From: a bacterium
GTDB lineage: Bacteria > Cyanobacteriota > Sericytochromatia > S15B-MN24 > VGJW01
Direction: 5' to 3'
Assembly (NCBI GenBank): GCA_021781555.1
Contig: JAJXWQ010000007.1
Location: 529 to 64,528, forward strand
DNA: 64,000 bases
The notes under the pieces were generated by a model. That model had not been told where the DNA came from and made no database searches. It saw only the letters and a list, made by a program, of their open reading frames with translations. The position numbers and the translations under genes are program-made. Numbering within the stretch: position 1 is the stretch's first letter; each line of letters begins with the position of its first letter. Below, piece by piece: positions 10,526-20,648 of this stretch.

Positions 10526-12154
10526 ATGGACGCGGCCGGAGAACGAAACGCGATTCGTTCACTCAGGATATTTTCGGATGTCGCCGCTTCGATCGCGCTG
10601 ATCTGTGGCGGCCTCGAGATCGCCGCCTGGATCCTGGACCTCCGGGGCCTCGAAGCCTCGGCCATGGCGCCCCTGGCGCAGGGCCCCGAGGCCGCCACAG
10701 GCCTGCTCCTCGTGGGAGCCGCCCTCATCGTGGCGGGCAGGAACTTCCCGGGCGCCCGGATCGCCTGGCAGCTTTTGGCACTGATGGCGATGACCTTCGG
10801 CACCGCGCTGTCCGTCCGCGGGCTCGGAAGGATCGACGTCGGGCTGGGGCACTTGTTCTCTCCCCATGCGGCCGCCGCGAACTTCACCTCGGCCCGGATG
10901 GCCCTGCCCACGGCCCTGGTGATCACGCTCCTCGGACTGGCCCTGCTGCTCAAGGGCCGGTCGCTGAGCCGAGCGGGGGACGCCCTGGGCACCATGGCCT
11001 TCCTGTTCCTTTACTTCGGGTTCCTCCACCAGGTCCTCAGGATCGAGTTCATGCGGGTGGAACCGCCGTTCAGGCAGGTGCCGCAGGCCTGGCTCCTCTG
11101 GATGCTGCTGAGCCTGGGGGTCACGGCGGTCCGATCGTCGCAATGGCTGGTCGACACCGCCCTGGGGCGAACGCTGACTGGCCTGATGGGGCGCCGCTTC
11201 CTGGCCGCCGTCCTCGTCACCCCGGCACTGTTGGGTTTGCTGTGGATCGTGGCGGTCAGGGCCAACGGCGTGACGCCGATCGAGCGGCTCATGACGGTCG
11301 CCCTCGGCTTCACCGCGCTCATCGTCGGCGTGATCGCCCTTGATGCCCGCCGCCTCGAACAGATCGAGACCGAGCGCGGTCGAGCCGAGGAAGCCTTGGC
11401 CATGAGCCAGGCCGAACTCAAGAAGGCAGCCGAGCTGGCCCAGCTCAAGGATTCCTTCCTCTCGACGGTATCCCACGAGATGCGCACTCCACTCTCGCTC
11501 ATCATGGGCTACGCCGAGCTTCTCGAGGACGTCTATCCCGGCGAAGAGCTCATCGCCGGGATTCAAGAAGGCACCCGAAGGCTCGCCGAGCACATCGAGC
11601 GGATCGTCGAGTACTCCGCCTTGCTCGGCGGTACCTTGCCCCTCTACCAGACGCCAGTAGACATGGCCGAACTGGCCCGCAACGTCGCCGAGGTCGAGCG
11701 GGCGCGGTTCAAGGGCAAGGATCTGACACTCACCGTCGAGGTGAGCGTCAAAACCCCCATCGTGCAGGGAGACTCGCGCCGGCTGACCGAGGTGCTCAAG
11801 GAGCTCCTCGACAACGCGATCAAGGTCACACCGCCCGGGCGCAAGGCCGGGATCCGGGTCGGACCCGAGGGCGACAAGCTGCGAATCGACGTCTGGGACA
11901 GCGGGCCCGGGATCGGCGAGTCCGAGATCGCGCGTCTCTGGGAGGCCTTCGGGCAGCTCGAGGCGGGAGATTCCGCCCGGCGCGGCGGCCTGGGGCTCGG
12001 GCTCCCGATCTCCAGAAAGCTGATCGAACTCCACGGCGGCACGCTCGCCGTGGCGAGCCAGCCCGGCGAGGGGAGCACGTTCACGGTGCTGCTGCCGGCC
12101 TTCGGAACCGAGACTACGGACGCCGGTCCGGAACTCCCGGGTTCGCCTACGTGA
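10526..12154 (+). CDS. Membrane sensor histidine kinase
   Basis: Multiple TM helices; FLSTVSHEMRTPL, LLDNAIK, DSGPGI, GGLGLGL. Confidence 0.92.
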   Translation: MDAAGERNAIRSLRIFSDVAASIALICGGLEIAAWILDLRGLEASAMAPLAQGPEAATGLLLVGAALIVAGRNFPGARIAWQLLALMAMTFGTALSVRGLGRIDVGLGHLFSPHAAAANFTSARMALPTALVITLLGLALLLKGRSLSRAGDALGTMAFLFLYFGFLHQVLRIEFMRVEPPFRQVPQAWLLWMLLSLGVTAVRSSQWLVDTALGRTLTGLMGRRFLAAVLVTPALLGLLWIVAVRANGVTPIERLMTVALGFTALIVGVIALDARRLEQIETERGRAEEALAMSQAELKKAAELAQLKDSFLSTVSHEMRTPLSLIMGYAELLEDVYPGEELIAGIQEGTRRLAEHIERIVEYSALLGGTLPLYQTPVDMAELARNVAEVERARFKGKDLTLTVEVSVKTPIVQGDSRRLTEVLKELLDNAIKVTPPGRKAGIRVGPEGDKLRIDVWDSGPGIGESEIARLWEAFGQLEAGDSARRGGLGLGLPISRKLIELHGGTLAVASQPGEGSTFTVLLPAFGTETTDAGPELPGSPT

Positions 12155-13484
12155 ACATGGCCGCAGCGCTCGTCGTCGACCCGAGCATCCGCAACTGGCG
12201 GACGGTCTCGTCGAAGGGCGTGTTGTCCCGGACGTCCTGCTTGAGATAGCCCTTGATCTGGTCCCACATCGAGATGGCACGGTCAAAGGCGGGGTTGCTC
12301 CCCCTGACGTAAGCCCCGACGTTGAGCAGATCCTGGACCTCCTTGTAATCGGCGATCATCTGGAAGACGGCCTGGCGTGCCTGCTTGTGTTCCTTGGTAG
12401 CCAGGATATCCAGCAGACGGGAAACGCTCTGTAGCACGTCGATCGCCGGGAAGATGCCCTGCGCCGCGATCGATCGCAGCATGACGATGTGGCCGTCGAG
12501 GATGCCGCGGACGGTGTCGGCGATCGGCTCGTCCATGTCGCCGCCATCGACCAGCACCGTGTAGATCCCGGTGATCGAACCTTTGTCACTGGTACCCGCC
12601 CGCTCGAGGAGCTTGGGGATGAGCGAGAAAACCGACGGCGTGTACCCCTTCTGCGCGGGCGGTTCGCCGATCGCCAGGCCGATCTCGCGCATCGCCATCG
12701 CAAAACGCGTCATCGAGTCCATCATCAAGAAGACCTTGTTGCCCTGATCGCGGAAGTACTCGGCGATGGAGGTAGCTACCAGCGGCGCCTTGAACCGCAT
12801 CAAGCTGGAGGTATCGCTCGTCGCAACCACCACGACCGAACGTCTCAAGCCTTCCTCGCCCAGGGAGTACTCGAGAAATTCCCGGACCTCGCGCCCGCGC
12901 TCTCCGACCAGGCAGAGCACGGATAGATCCGCCTTGGCCTGGCGGGCGATCTGGCCGAGCAAGGTGCTCTTGCCCACTCCCGATCCGGCGAAGATCCCGA
13001 TACGCTGGCCCTCGCCCAGGGTCAAAAAGCCGTCCATCACGCGCACGCCGGTCGGGAGAACCGTGTCGATGAGCCGCCGTGTCATCGAGTTGGGGGGAGC
13101 GTTCATCTGCGGCGTCGTCGTCTCGTACAGGAGCGGACCCTTGCCGTCGATGGGGTTGCCGAGACCGTCCAGCACGCGGCCGAGGAGCTTGGGCCCGACC
13201 TTGACGCTGACCATCCGCCCGGTCGCCACGACCTCGCAGCCCGCCCCGATGCCCTCCATCTCGGAAAGAGGCATCAGCATGACGCGCCGCGGCTTGAAGC
13301 CGACGACCTCGCACGGAAAGACCAGCTTGCGATCCTGCGAGTAGATGTGGCAAAGCTCTCCGTAACGCACGCCTTGCAACTGCGCCTCGATGACCAGGCC
13401 CACGAGCTGCACGACGATTCCCCGGGCTCGCACCGGCTCGGTATCCCGCAACGCGAGGGCGTAGGGCTCGAGAGAGATGTTCAC
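12147..13484 (-). CDS. fliI: FliI/SctN type III export ATPase
   Basis: GRVLDGLGNPIDG, GIFAGSGVGKSTL, GERGREV, MDSMTRFAMA.REIGL, GEPP, DGHI. Confidence 0.95.
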   Translation of the reverse strand: MNISLEPYALALRDTEPVRARGIVVQLVGLVIEAQLQGVRYGELCHIYSQDRKLVFPCEVVGFKPRRVMLMPLSEMEGIGAGCEVVATGRMVSVKVGPKLLGRVLDGLGNPIDGKGPLLYETTTPQMNAPPNSMTRRLIDTVLPTGVRVMDGFLTLGEGQRIGIFAGSGVGKSTLLGQIARQAKADLSVLCLVGERGREVREFLEYSLGEEGLRRSVVVVATSDTSSLMRFKAPLVATSIAEYFRDQGNKVFLMMDSMTRFAMAMREIGLAIGEPPAQKGYTPSVFSLIPKLLERAGTSDKGSITGIYTVLVDGGDMDEPIADTVRGILDGHIVMLRSIAAQGIFPAIDVLQSVSRLLDILATKEHKQARQAVFQMIADYKEVQDLLNVGAYVRGSNPAFDRAISMWDQIKGYLKQDVRDNTPFDETVRQLRMLGSTTSAAAMFT

Positions 13485-13514
13485 GGAAGCAAGCCTCTTG
13501 ACGTCGGCACCCGG

Positions 13515-14900
13515 CTACTGGTTGAGGTCCTCGAAGGCCTGCGACTCGGCATCGTCGACCTCGGAGAGCTCCCGCTGCACGTTCTGGAAGACCTCCTGCA
13601 AGACCGAGAGCTGGGTCTTGATGGTCGCATCCACCGTGCCCGATCCGGTCTCGATGAAGACGCCGCCCCGCTGGATCTTGTTGGACGCCTGGAACTCGAG
13701 ATGCTTGACCTGAGCCAGCATGTCCCGGAATCGATCCTCCTGGGCCTGAACCTGGGGCAGATCCTCGGTATTGACCCGCACCACGACGCGCTCCAGGTCC
13801 GTGACCCGGGTCAGCGCCTCGTCGAGGACCGACAGCACGATCTCGGGCTTGGCCGAGATCTCGTCGCAGACGATCTTTTCGGCCACGCTCATGGCGAGCT
13901 GGATGAGTTTCCTCGAGTTCTCCCGCGCTGCCTGTGGATAAGCTAGCCGAGCGCGATTGAGGGTCTCGATCGCCTCTTCGATGATCTTGGCGCCTTCCTC
14001 GTCGGCCTGCGCCCGGCCCTCGGTGTAGCCAGCCGCTCGGGCCGCCTCCACCATCTGTTCGTAGCGCTCGGACCGGGAGCGCTCGAAGTCCTCGAAGGCC
14101 TGGGCGATCTGGTTCTGCGCATCGGCCCGGGCCTCGGCTGCCGCGATCTGGGCCTCGCCGACGATCCGCTCCGCCTCGAGACGAGCCTCGGCGAGCAGCC
14201 GCTCGCGTTCGGCCAGCAGCCGCTTGCCGGCATTCTCCTTGAGCTCGAAGCCGTCGAGCAGCGCGGCGATCTGCTCCTCGGCGCTGGCGAGCTCGCGCCA
14301 ACGCGCCCGCGAGGCGGCCCGCGCCGCCTCGAACTCGGCCGCCGCCGCCGCCTGCTGCTCCAGAGTCGGCACCAGCGCATCGACCGCACTGCCGAGCTGC
14401 TGGGGATCCGCGCCGAGAGCCTCGGACAGACGTTGGGTCGCAGCCTCGAGCAGAGCCGAGAAGGTACCCTCGGGATCGGGGGCCTGATTGGCGGCCTCCT
14501 CGGCTCCGGCCTGGGCAGCGGCTTCGGCGGCGGTCAGGATCTCCTGCCTGGCGCCCTCGAACCCCGCCAACCAATCCCCATCCGCCTCGAGGGCCGCGTC
14601 GAGTCCGGCCGCGGCTCCCCCCGGCGCCGGCTCTGCAACGCCAGCCCCGGCGCTCGCTACGGGATCGACGGGACGAGCCGGGGCCTCGGGTCCTGGCGAC
14701 TCCGGCTGCAGCGGCACGATGTCGAGGTCCGATTCGGCCATCGGCACGACCCGCTCGGCCCTGCGCAGCCCGCTCTCGGGGGCGTCGACTCGCCGGCGCA
14801 CACGGCCCGGACGGCCTTCGCCCTCGTCGGCGATAACCTGGTCGCCGGCGACCACGACCGACCCGCCCTGGTCGACCTTGCTACCCTTTATCAGCGCCAC
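13515..14900 (-). CDS. fliH: FliH/SctL stator protein with long N-terminal extension
   Basis: Coiled coil, GYTEG, LAMSVAEKIV, VRVNTED, GGVFIETGSGTVDA; directly upstream of fliI. Confidence 0.85.
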   Translation of the reverse strand: MALIKGSKVDQGGSVVVAGDQVIADEGEGRPGRVRRRVDAPESGLRRAERVVPMAESDLDIVPLQPESPGPEAPARPVDPVASAGAGVAEPAPGGAAAGLDAALEADGDWLAGFEGARQEILTAAEAAAQAGAEEAANQAPDPEGTFSALLEAATQRLSEALGADPQQLGSAVDALVPTLEQQAAAAAEFEAARAASRARWRELASAEEQIAALLDGFELKENAGKRLLAERERLLAEARLEAERIVGEAQIAAAEARADAQNQIAQAFEDFERSRSERYEQMVEAARAAGYTEGRAQADEEGAKIIEEAIETLNRARLAYPQAARENSRKLIQLAMSVAEKIVCDEISAKPEIVLSVLDEALTRVTDLERVVVRVNTEDLPQVQAQEDRFRDMLAQVKHLEFQASNKIQRGGVFIETGSGTVDATIKTQLSVLQEVFQNVQRELSEVDDAESQAFEDLNQ

Positions 14901-15038
14901 GATCGAACTATACCCGTCAAAGAGCGGCCATGCGAGGTGCTGGATGTCGAAGTCGGCGCCAGGCGCGGCCTGTCGTCGCGATCCTCGGGGCAGCGCCCCC
15001 TCTCGAGCTCCTGCCAGCTAACCCAGAGCAGCCAAGCC

Positions 15039-15278
15039 TCAGGCCAGGTCCTCGATCTGGCTCAGCAGATCCTCGAACGAGGCGAAACCCTCACAGTCGC
15101 CGCAACGCAGCAGGATCACGCGCAGCTTTTCGGTGTGGCCATGGCGGAACTCGACCTCGCGCTCTCCGCGCTCGAGGACCAGCTTTTCCCGGCTCACCGG
15201 AAAATGGACTCCCTCCGTGGCCTGCATCAGCGCCGCAACTCCGAAGCGCCGGGGATGTTCACCTGTAGCGTCTGCCAT
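15039..15278 (-). CDS. DUF2795-like small protein
   Basis: GVHFPVSREKL...FASFEDLL; GGAGG RBS. Confidence 0.65.
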   Translation of the reverse strand: MADATGEHPRRFGVAALMQATEGVHFPVSREKLVLERGEREVEFRHGHTEKLRVILLRCGDCEGFASFEDLLSQIEDLA

Positions 15279-15354
15279 GGCTTTACCCTCCCGAGCTGAG
15301 CCTATCTCAGTCGGCCTTCCGTGTCTGGCCCGGCGCCAGCTCGCACGGGCTGCT

Positions 15355-17253
15355 TCAGTCCAGGCCCACCGAGTAGCCGAAGTTCACGCTGGCGTTGAAG
15401 GGGAAGAGCGTCATCGTGGACGTCAGCGACCAGGAGAGGCAAGCGGCGCGGTAGGTCAGCCGCAGCGTGGCATCGTTGAAGTTTAGCCGGAGGGCGCCCT
15501 GCGGACGGTAGAAGTTGGCGCCCACGTCGGTGTACCAGTGGCGAGTCCACGCGTAAGAGGCGCTGCCGAAGACCCGATCCCCGCTTGGCGCCTGATCGAA
15601 GTAGAACGGCGAGCGGCCCAGCAGCTGGTCGGTCTCCGCCCCGAAATCCGTGGACCATCGTGCCGCCCAGCGCTGTATGTTGTTGAGCCCGACGACGCCG
15701 CTCACCTGGTACGCGGGCTTCCACGACCTCGCGCCCAAAGCTGGCGGCTCCAGGTATTCCGTCGCCGTACCCCAGGCGTAACCGTCGGTCTCCCAGAAGG
15801 GCTCGGGTCGCCAGGCGGGGGCCGCCACTGCGACGTGAACGGATCCAGCAACGGCACTGGCATGCGGCGGCTCGTCGAACGGCAACCACTCGAGCTGCGG
15901 CAAGGGCGAGAGTTCCTGGAAGTAGCCCACCCGCGCCGTCGGGTTGATCATCAAGGGCCCAAGGCCCAGATTACCGAGATTGAGGTCCAGATCGCCCAGT
16001 CGGTTGACGTTCTGGCCGTTGATATCCGATCGGTAGCCGGCGCCGAGCGAAAGACTCCTGCCGCCTGCCAGAGCCAGCAGGGCGCCACCATTGGCGCGCG
16101 GGCCGTAGGTTCCGCCCTGAAACGGCGTCTGGTAGGTCGCGTCACCCGATAGCGAGATGTTCCCGACCTTGGCGGTCCCCTGGGTGCCGAAGAGGATGCC
16201 CCGCCCCTGCGTGACACGGAAGGGAATCGTGCCCTGGATGTACTTGCCCAGAGCGAAAGCGCCGGCACCGGCCGCGAAGGCCCCCTCGTACGGGTCGTAC
16301 CCGGCCTGGGCACCGAGGGTGTGCGACCCGCGCCGATGGGAGATCTGGTCCTTGAGGCTCGTATTGATCTCGGGAATCGAAGCCAGGGTCCAGCCCGAGA
16401 CGTGCAGGGCCACGTCGTGGGCTTCAAAGATCTGCCGATCGCCGAACGGGTGCCACTTCAGCTTCTTGCTGGAAAGGAAGTATCCGGGGTCGTCAGCCAT
16501 GCACGGACTGAAAACCGTGTTCCGGGCCAAAGCATAGGAAGGCGAGAGATACAGGAAGCTGCCGCTGGCGCGCCCGCGGTGGGCCGCTCGGCCCGACCAG
16601 TGCCAGGCCTGGGCCTCCTGGTGGAGGAGGTCGAAATCGAAGCGGTCGGCGCGGAGGCGGTAACCTTTGATCGTGAACCGCACGTGGTTGTCCGCGTGGC
16701 CCCGCCGGGCCGCCGCATCGAAGTAGAGCCGCCCGGCCGACAGGGAGTAGGATCCGTACCACGCCTGCACGTGGCCCGTGGCGATGAGGATGGACGCATC
16801 GGTTCTTGCCTCGATATGGTCGGCCCAGATCACCAGGGTCTGGCCTCCCGGCTCGTTCACGGTCACCGAGGCCGAGGCTTTTCCGGGCCGGGCGGGTGAG
16901 GACTCCGCCTGTGCCGGTCCGAACTCGTCGGGCAGCAGCGTCGGCGGCAAATAGGGATTGGGCGAGGGGCCGACCTGGGGTTCGGGCAGGGCATCGGGAT
17001 CCGGCAGCGCCGGCCCGGCGAGAGGATCCCCGATGCCCATAGGGGCGAGGACCGGGCTCTCGAAACAGCACGCCGCGGGAGCGAGCGCAGGAGACGGCGA
17101 GGGCGACGGCGAAGGCAAGGGGGACGGCGAGGGCGAGGGAAAAGGCTCGGCCGAAGCCAGTAGATCGGGGATCGGGTTGCCCAGATGATCGCCCGTGATG
17201 GGCAGGTAAGCGGCGGCAAGATGGATCGCCGCGGCGCAAAGCAGGGCGATCAT
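15355..17253 (-). CDS. LptD/OstA-like outer membrane protein
   Basis: Signal peptide, (PS)n linker, IWADHIE...ATGHVQ...LRADRFDF OstA-like region, FSPC, beta-barrel-like C-terminus. Confidence 0.7.
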   Translation of the reverse strand: MIALLCAAAIHLAAAYLPITGDHLGNPIPDLLASAEPFPSPSPSPLPSPSPSPSPALAPAACCFESPVLAPMGIGDPLAGPALPDPDALPEPQVGPSPNPYLPPTLLPDEFGPAQAESSPARPGKASASVTVNEPGGQTLVIWADHIEARTDASILIATGHVQAWYGSYSLSAGRLYFDAAARRGHADNHVRFTIKGYRLRADRFDFDLLHQEAQAWHWSGRAAHRGRASGSFLYLSPSYALARNTVFSPCMADDPGYFLSSKKLKWHPFGDRQIFEAHDVALHVSGWTLASIPEINTSLKDQISHRRGSHTLGAQAGYDPYEGAFAAGAGAFALGKYIQGTIPFRVTQGRGILFGTQGTAKVGNISLSGDATYQTPFQGGTYGPRANGGALLALAGGRSLSLGAGYRSDINGQNVNRLGDLDLNLGNLGLGPLMINPTARVGYFQELSPLPQLEWLPFDEPPHASAVAGSVHVAVAAPAWRPEPFWETDGYAWGTATEYLEPPALGARSWKPAYQVSGVVGLNNIQRWAARWSTDFGAETDQLLGRSPFYFDQAPSGDRVFGSASYAWTRHWYTDVGANFYRPQGALRLNFNDATLRLTYRAACLSWSLTSTMTLFPFNASVNFGYSVGLD

Positions 17254-18188
17254 CGCACTTCGGGCCGGTGGGCCCGGAGCCTGCGCTTGCCCCTGCGCTT
17301 GAAGAAGGCGAAAACCGGACGCCAGAAGGACTCGCCCGTCCGCAGCTCGATCTCGTCGATCCCCATGGCGGCAAAGGCCTGCTGACGCGTGCGGCGGCGG
17401 GTCTCGGCGATCTGGCGGTAGCGTTGCTGCACGTCGGGATCCGAGGTGTCGACGACGGCGCTGACACCCGTCTCGGGGTCCATGAAACTAACCCGTCCCA
17501 GCGCAGGCAAGACCTCCTCCATGCGATCCGTCAGCGTCACCGCGATCACGTCGTGCCGCGCCAGTCGCCGGAGCGATTCGAGATCGGCCGCCAGGAAGTC
17601 CGAGCAGACGAAGATCGTGGCAGGCCGGCGCACCAGGCGCGCCAGCGCGATCACGGCACCCTGGAACGCAGCCGGGAAGGGTCCGGTTGCCGCGGACGTG
17701 CCGACCTCCAGGTCGAGGGCTCCCACGGTCGGGCTCGTGGGTCCGACGTCGAGGAGATCGTGGACCAGGCGCAGGACATGTGCGCGCCCTTTGCGCGGCG
17801 GGACGAAACGGACGGTCTTCGAACCGAACAGGAAAAGCCCGACGCGATCGTGGTTGGCCATGGCCGAAAGCGCGATGGCCATCGCGAAGCGACCGGCGAG
17901 ATCCCGCTTGAGCTCGGTGCCGGCCGTCGCAAAATCCAGGCTGCGCGAGCCATCCACGGCGAGGATGACGGTCAGCTCGCGCTCCTCGACGAATTTCTTG
18001 ACGAAGAGCCGATCCATCCGCGCCGTCACGTTCCAGTCGATCGTGCGCGGATCATCGCCCTCTTGATACTCCCGGACCTCGTCGAAGATCATCCCCCGTC
18101 CCTTGAACACACTCTGGTATTCTCCGGCCAGGATGCTGCGAACCAGGCGATCGCTCTGGATCTCGAGCCGGCGGATCTTCCTGGCCAT
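17250..18188 (-). CDS. DUF58 (MoxR-associated) protein
   Basis: FKGRGMIFDEVREYQEGDD.R.IDWNVTAR, VKKFVEERE, SDF; ORF can extend to 18395. Confidence 0.9.
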   Translation of the reverse strand: MARKIRRLEIQSDRLVRSILAGEYQSVFKGRGMIFDEVREYQEGDDPRTIDWNVTARMDRLFVKKFVEERELTVILAVDGSRSLDFATAGTELKRDLAGRFAMAIALSAMANHDRVGLFLFGSKTVRFVPPRKGRAHVLRLVHDLLDVGPTSPTVGALDLEVGTSAATGPFPAAFQGAVIALARLVRRPATIFVCSDFLAADLESLRRLARHDVIAVTLTDRMEEVLPALGRVSFMDPETGVSAVVDTSDPDVQQRYRQIAETRRRTRQQAFAAMGIDEIELRTGESFWRPVFAFFKRRGKRRLRAHRPEVR

Positions 18189-18397
18189 CCGGCTCGTCGC
18201 CTCGGGGACCGGAGCGGGCCTCGCGATCGCCCGACGCCAGCGGTTCCATCCGAGCACCAGGAAGCCCGTGGATGGCCACGGGATGCGCAGCGGCCGAAAC
18301 GACCTCCCGGTCGCTGCCAGGCGCTCCCGGGGCGATCGCCTGAAACCGTCTCGATGGCCCGAAGAGGGCCCGCGCTTGAGCGAACGGCCAGACAAGC

Positions 18398-19387
18398 CTA
18401 CGGCACCCGTAGTGACAGCAAACGCCTCACCACGAAATCCACGGACACCTCCTCGGCCTCGGCCTCGTACGTCAGCAGGACGCGGTGCCGCAAGACGTCC
18501 AGGGCGATGGCCTTGACGTCGTCAGGGAGCACGTACGCTCGCTTGCGCAAGAAGGCATGGGCCTTGGCGGCCTGGATGAGGTAGATGCTCGCCCGCGGCG
18601 AGGCCCCGTACGCGATGAGGGGGGCAAGATCCTCCATGCCGGCTTCCTTGGGCTGCCGCGTCGCGGCAACAAGATCCACCACGTAGCGCTTGATCTTGTC
18701 TGATACCAGGATGTCGGCCGCGAGGTTACGGGCCTCGAGAACCAGCTCCAGGGTACCGAGCTTGGCGAGCTGCACCTCCCGACGCACCGTCATACGATCG
18801 AGGATCTCGAGCTCCTCGCTCTTGCTGGGATAGGTCACCTTGACCTTGAACATGAAGCGATCGAGCTGGGCTTCGGGCAAAGAGTAGACCCCTTCGTTAT
18901 CCATGGGGTTCATCGTGGCCATCACCAGGAAGGGCTCGGGCAAGGCGAGGGTCTCGCCGCCGATGGTGACCTGCCGCTCCTGCATGGCCTCGAGGAGAGC
19001 GCTCTGGACCTTTGCCGGGGCACGGTTGACCTCGTCCGCCAGGACCAAATTGCCGAAGATCGGCCCCCTCTTGGTCTGGAAACGGCCCTTCTTCGCATCG
19101 AAGATGGAGGTGCCGAGGATGTCTGCCGGCAAGAGGTCGGGGGTGAACTGGATGCGGCTGAACTCGGCCTGCAGCACCTGGGCCAAGGTGCTGATCGAGA
19201 GGGTCTTGGCCAGGCCCGGGACGCCCTCGAGCAGGATATGGCCGTCCGCCAGCAAACCGATGAGCAGGCGATCGATCAGCGCCCCCTGGCCGACGATCAC
19301 GCGCTTGATCTCGGCGGTGATCTGACCGAAGCGCTCGGCAGCGGCCCGCACGCGTTCATTGGCCTCGAGGATGGTGTTGTCGATCAC
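18398..19387 (-). CDS. MoxR family AAA+ ATPase
   Basis: GHILLEGVPGLAKT, RIQFTPDLLPAD, LADEVNRAPAKVQSALLEAMQE, GASPR. Confidence 0.95.
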   Translation of the reverse strand: MIDNTILEANERVRAAAERFGQITAEIKRVIVGQGALIDRLLIGLLADGHILLEGVPGLAKTLSISTLAQVLQAEFSRIQFTPDLLPADILGTSIFDAKKGRFQTKRGPIFGNLVLADEVNRAPAKVQSALLEAMQERQVTIGGETLALPEPFLVMATMNPMDNEGVYSLPEAQLDRFMFKVKVTYPSKSEELEILDRMTVRREVQLAKLGTLELVLEARNLAADILVSDKIKRYVVDLVAATRQPKEAGMEDLAPLIAYGASPRASIYLIQAAKAHAFLRKRAYVLPDDVKAIALDVLRHRVLLTYEAEAEEVSVDFVVRRLLSLRVP

Positions 19388-19766
19388 GATCCGGAATCTT
19401 TCCTTGTTCGGCGCAGAACCGAGCGCGACTTGCGGGGCAAGGCCGGGGACCGCGCCATTTTACTAGAGATCGGCCCCTGCCAGCGTGTTACGCGCGGGGT
19501 CCCCTTGGCGAGCACCCGGCGATCCGTACCACGAACCTACGGAGTTTCCCCGCATGGCCAGGCGCTCGTACATGCTACGATCTCTTCATCGTCCTCCTGG
19601 TGAACCTCCAGCTGATCTTCGCAGTTTCATCGCAGCATCGGTCCTAGCAACGTCCCGCGCATTGTCTCCGATTCCACCAGGACGGTATCGGAAGGGCTCC
19701 GTCAGGGGCCCTTTCGCGTTAGGGGCCCGGATCGGTCCGGACGGCTCGTGCCGGCCCTGGTAACAT

Positions 19767-20567
19767 GTGCGGGTGCTCGACATCCTGAAGCCCGCGCTCC
19801 AAAACCTCCACGCCATGGCGACTGGTGCCATCGCCGCCCTGCCTCAGGTCCTGCTGGGTCTGCTGGTTTTCGGGATCTCCCTGCGGATCGCGCGCTGGGG
19901 TCGCCAGTGGACGCACCGGGCGATAGGACAGGCAGGCAAGCGCGAGGACGCCGCCCTGGTCGTAGGGCAGCTCGCCTACGGCGCGCTGATCGTCGGAGGG
20001 ACGGCCGCTGCCGCCGCCGTCATGGGCGTTGGCCTCGGCAGCGTCCTGGCAGGCATCGGCGTGTCGGGCATGGTCGTCGGGTTCGCCTTCAAGGACATTC
20101 TCGAGAATTATCTCGCCGGCATCCTGTTGATGCTGGCCCGGCCCTTCGTTACCGGTGACGACATCAAGACGGGCGACTACGAAGGCCGGGTTCTGGCAGT
20201 ATCCACGCGCAGCACGACCATCGATACCGGAGACGGTCAGCTGGTGGTCATCCCCAACGCCAGGATCTACTCGCAGGCCCTGATCAACCTCTCGGCACTT
20301 GGAATCCGCAGATCCATCCTGCCCCTCCACGTCGAGATCAGCCAGGATCTCGATGCGACGCGCAGTGCGATCGAGGCCATCGCGGGAGCGAACCCCCTGG
20401 TCCTTCACGATCCGGGTCCCGAGCTCCTGGCGACCGCCCTGGATGCCACCGGGGTCAATGTCGAACTGCGCTTCTGGTCCCGGGCGCAGGACGCCCAGGC
20501 CGCCAGGGGCCAGCTCGTGGAGGCGATCCGCCGGCAGCTCTTCGCGCCGGTCACGCCGCCGCGCTGA
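19767..20567 (+). CDS. Small-conductance mechanosensitive channel (MscS family)
   Basis: GFAFKDILENYLAGI.L...RPF..GD.I, IPNA. Confidence 0.9.
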   Translation: MRVLDILKPALQNLHAMATGAIAALPQVLLGLLVFGISLRIARWGRQWTHRAIGQAGKREDAALVVGQLAYGALIVGGTAAAAAVMGVGLGSVLAGIGVSGMVVGFAFKDILENYLAGILLMLARPFVTGDDIKTGDYEGRVLAVSTRSTTIDTGDGQLVVIPNARIYSQALINLSALGIRRSILPLHVEISQDLDATRSAIEAIAGANPLVLHDPGPELLATALDATGVNVELRFWSRAQDAQAARGQLVEAIRRQLFAPVTPPR

Positions 20568-20648
20568 GCGGCACGCCCCCCGGCCGGCCCGTAGCTTTTG
20601 CAGCGGGAACGAGTTCCTCTGCGCTGCGCAACCGGGACCCGTTTGGCA

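Noticed and set aside
19538..19662. Minus-strand ORF with in-frame TGA (MLR*NCEDQLEV...C...C) as a selenoprotein
   Set aside because: No recognisable family or SECIS hairpin; compatible with chance.
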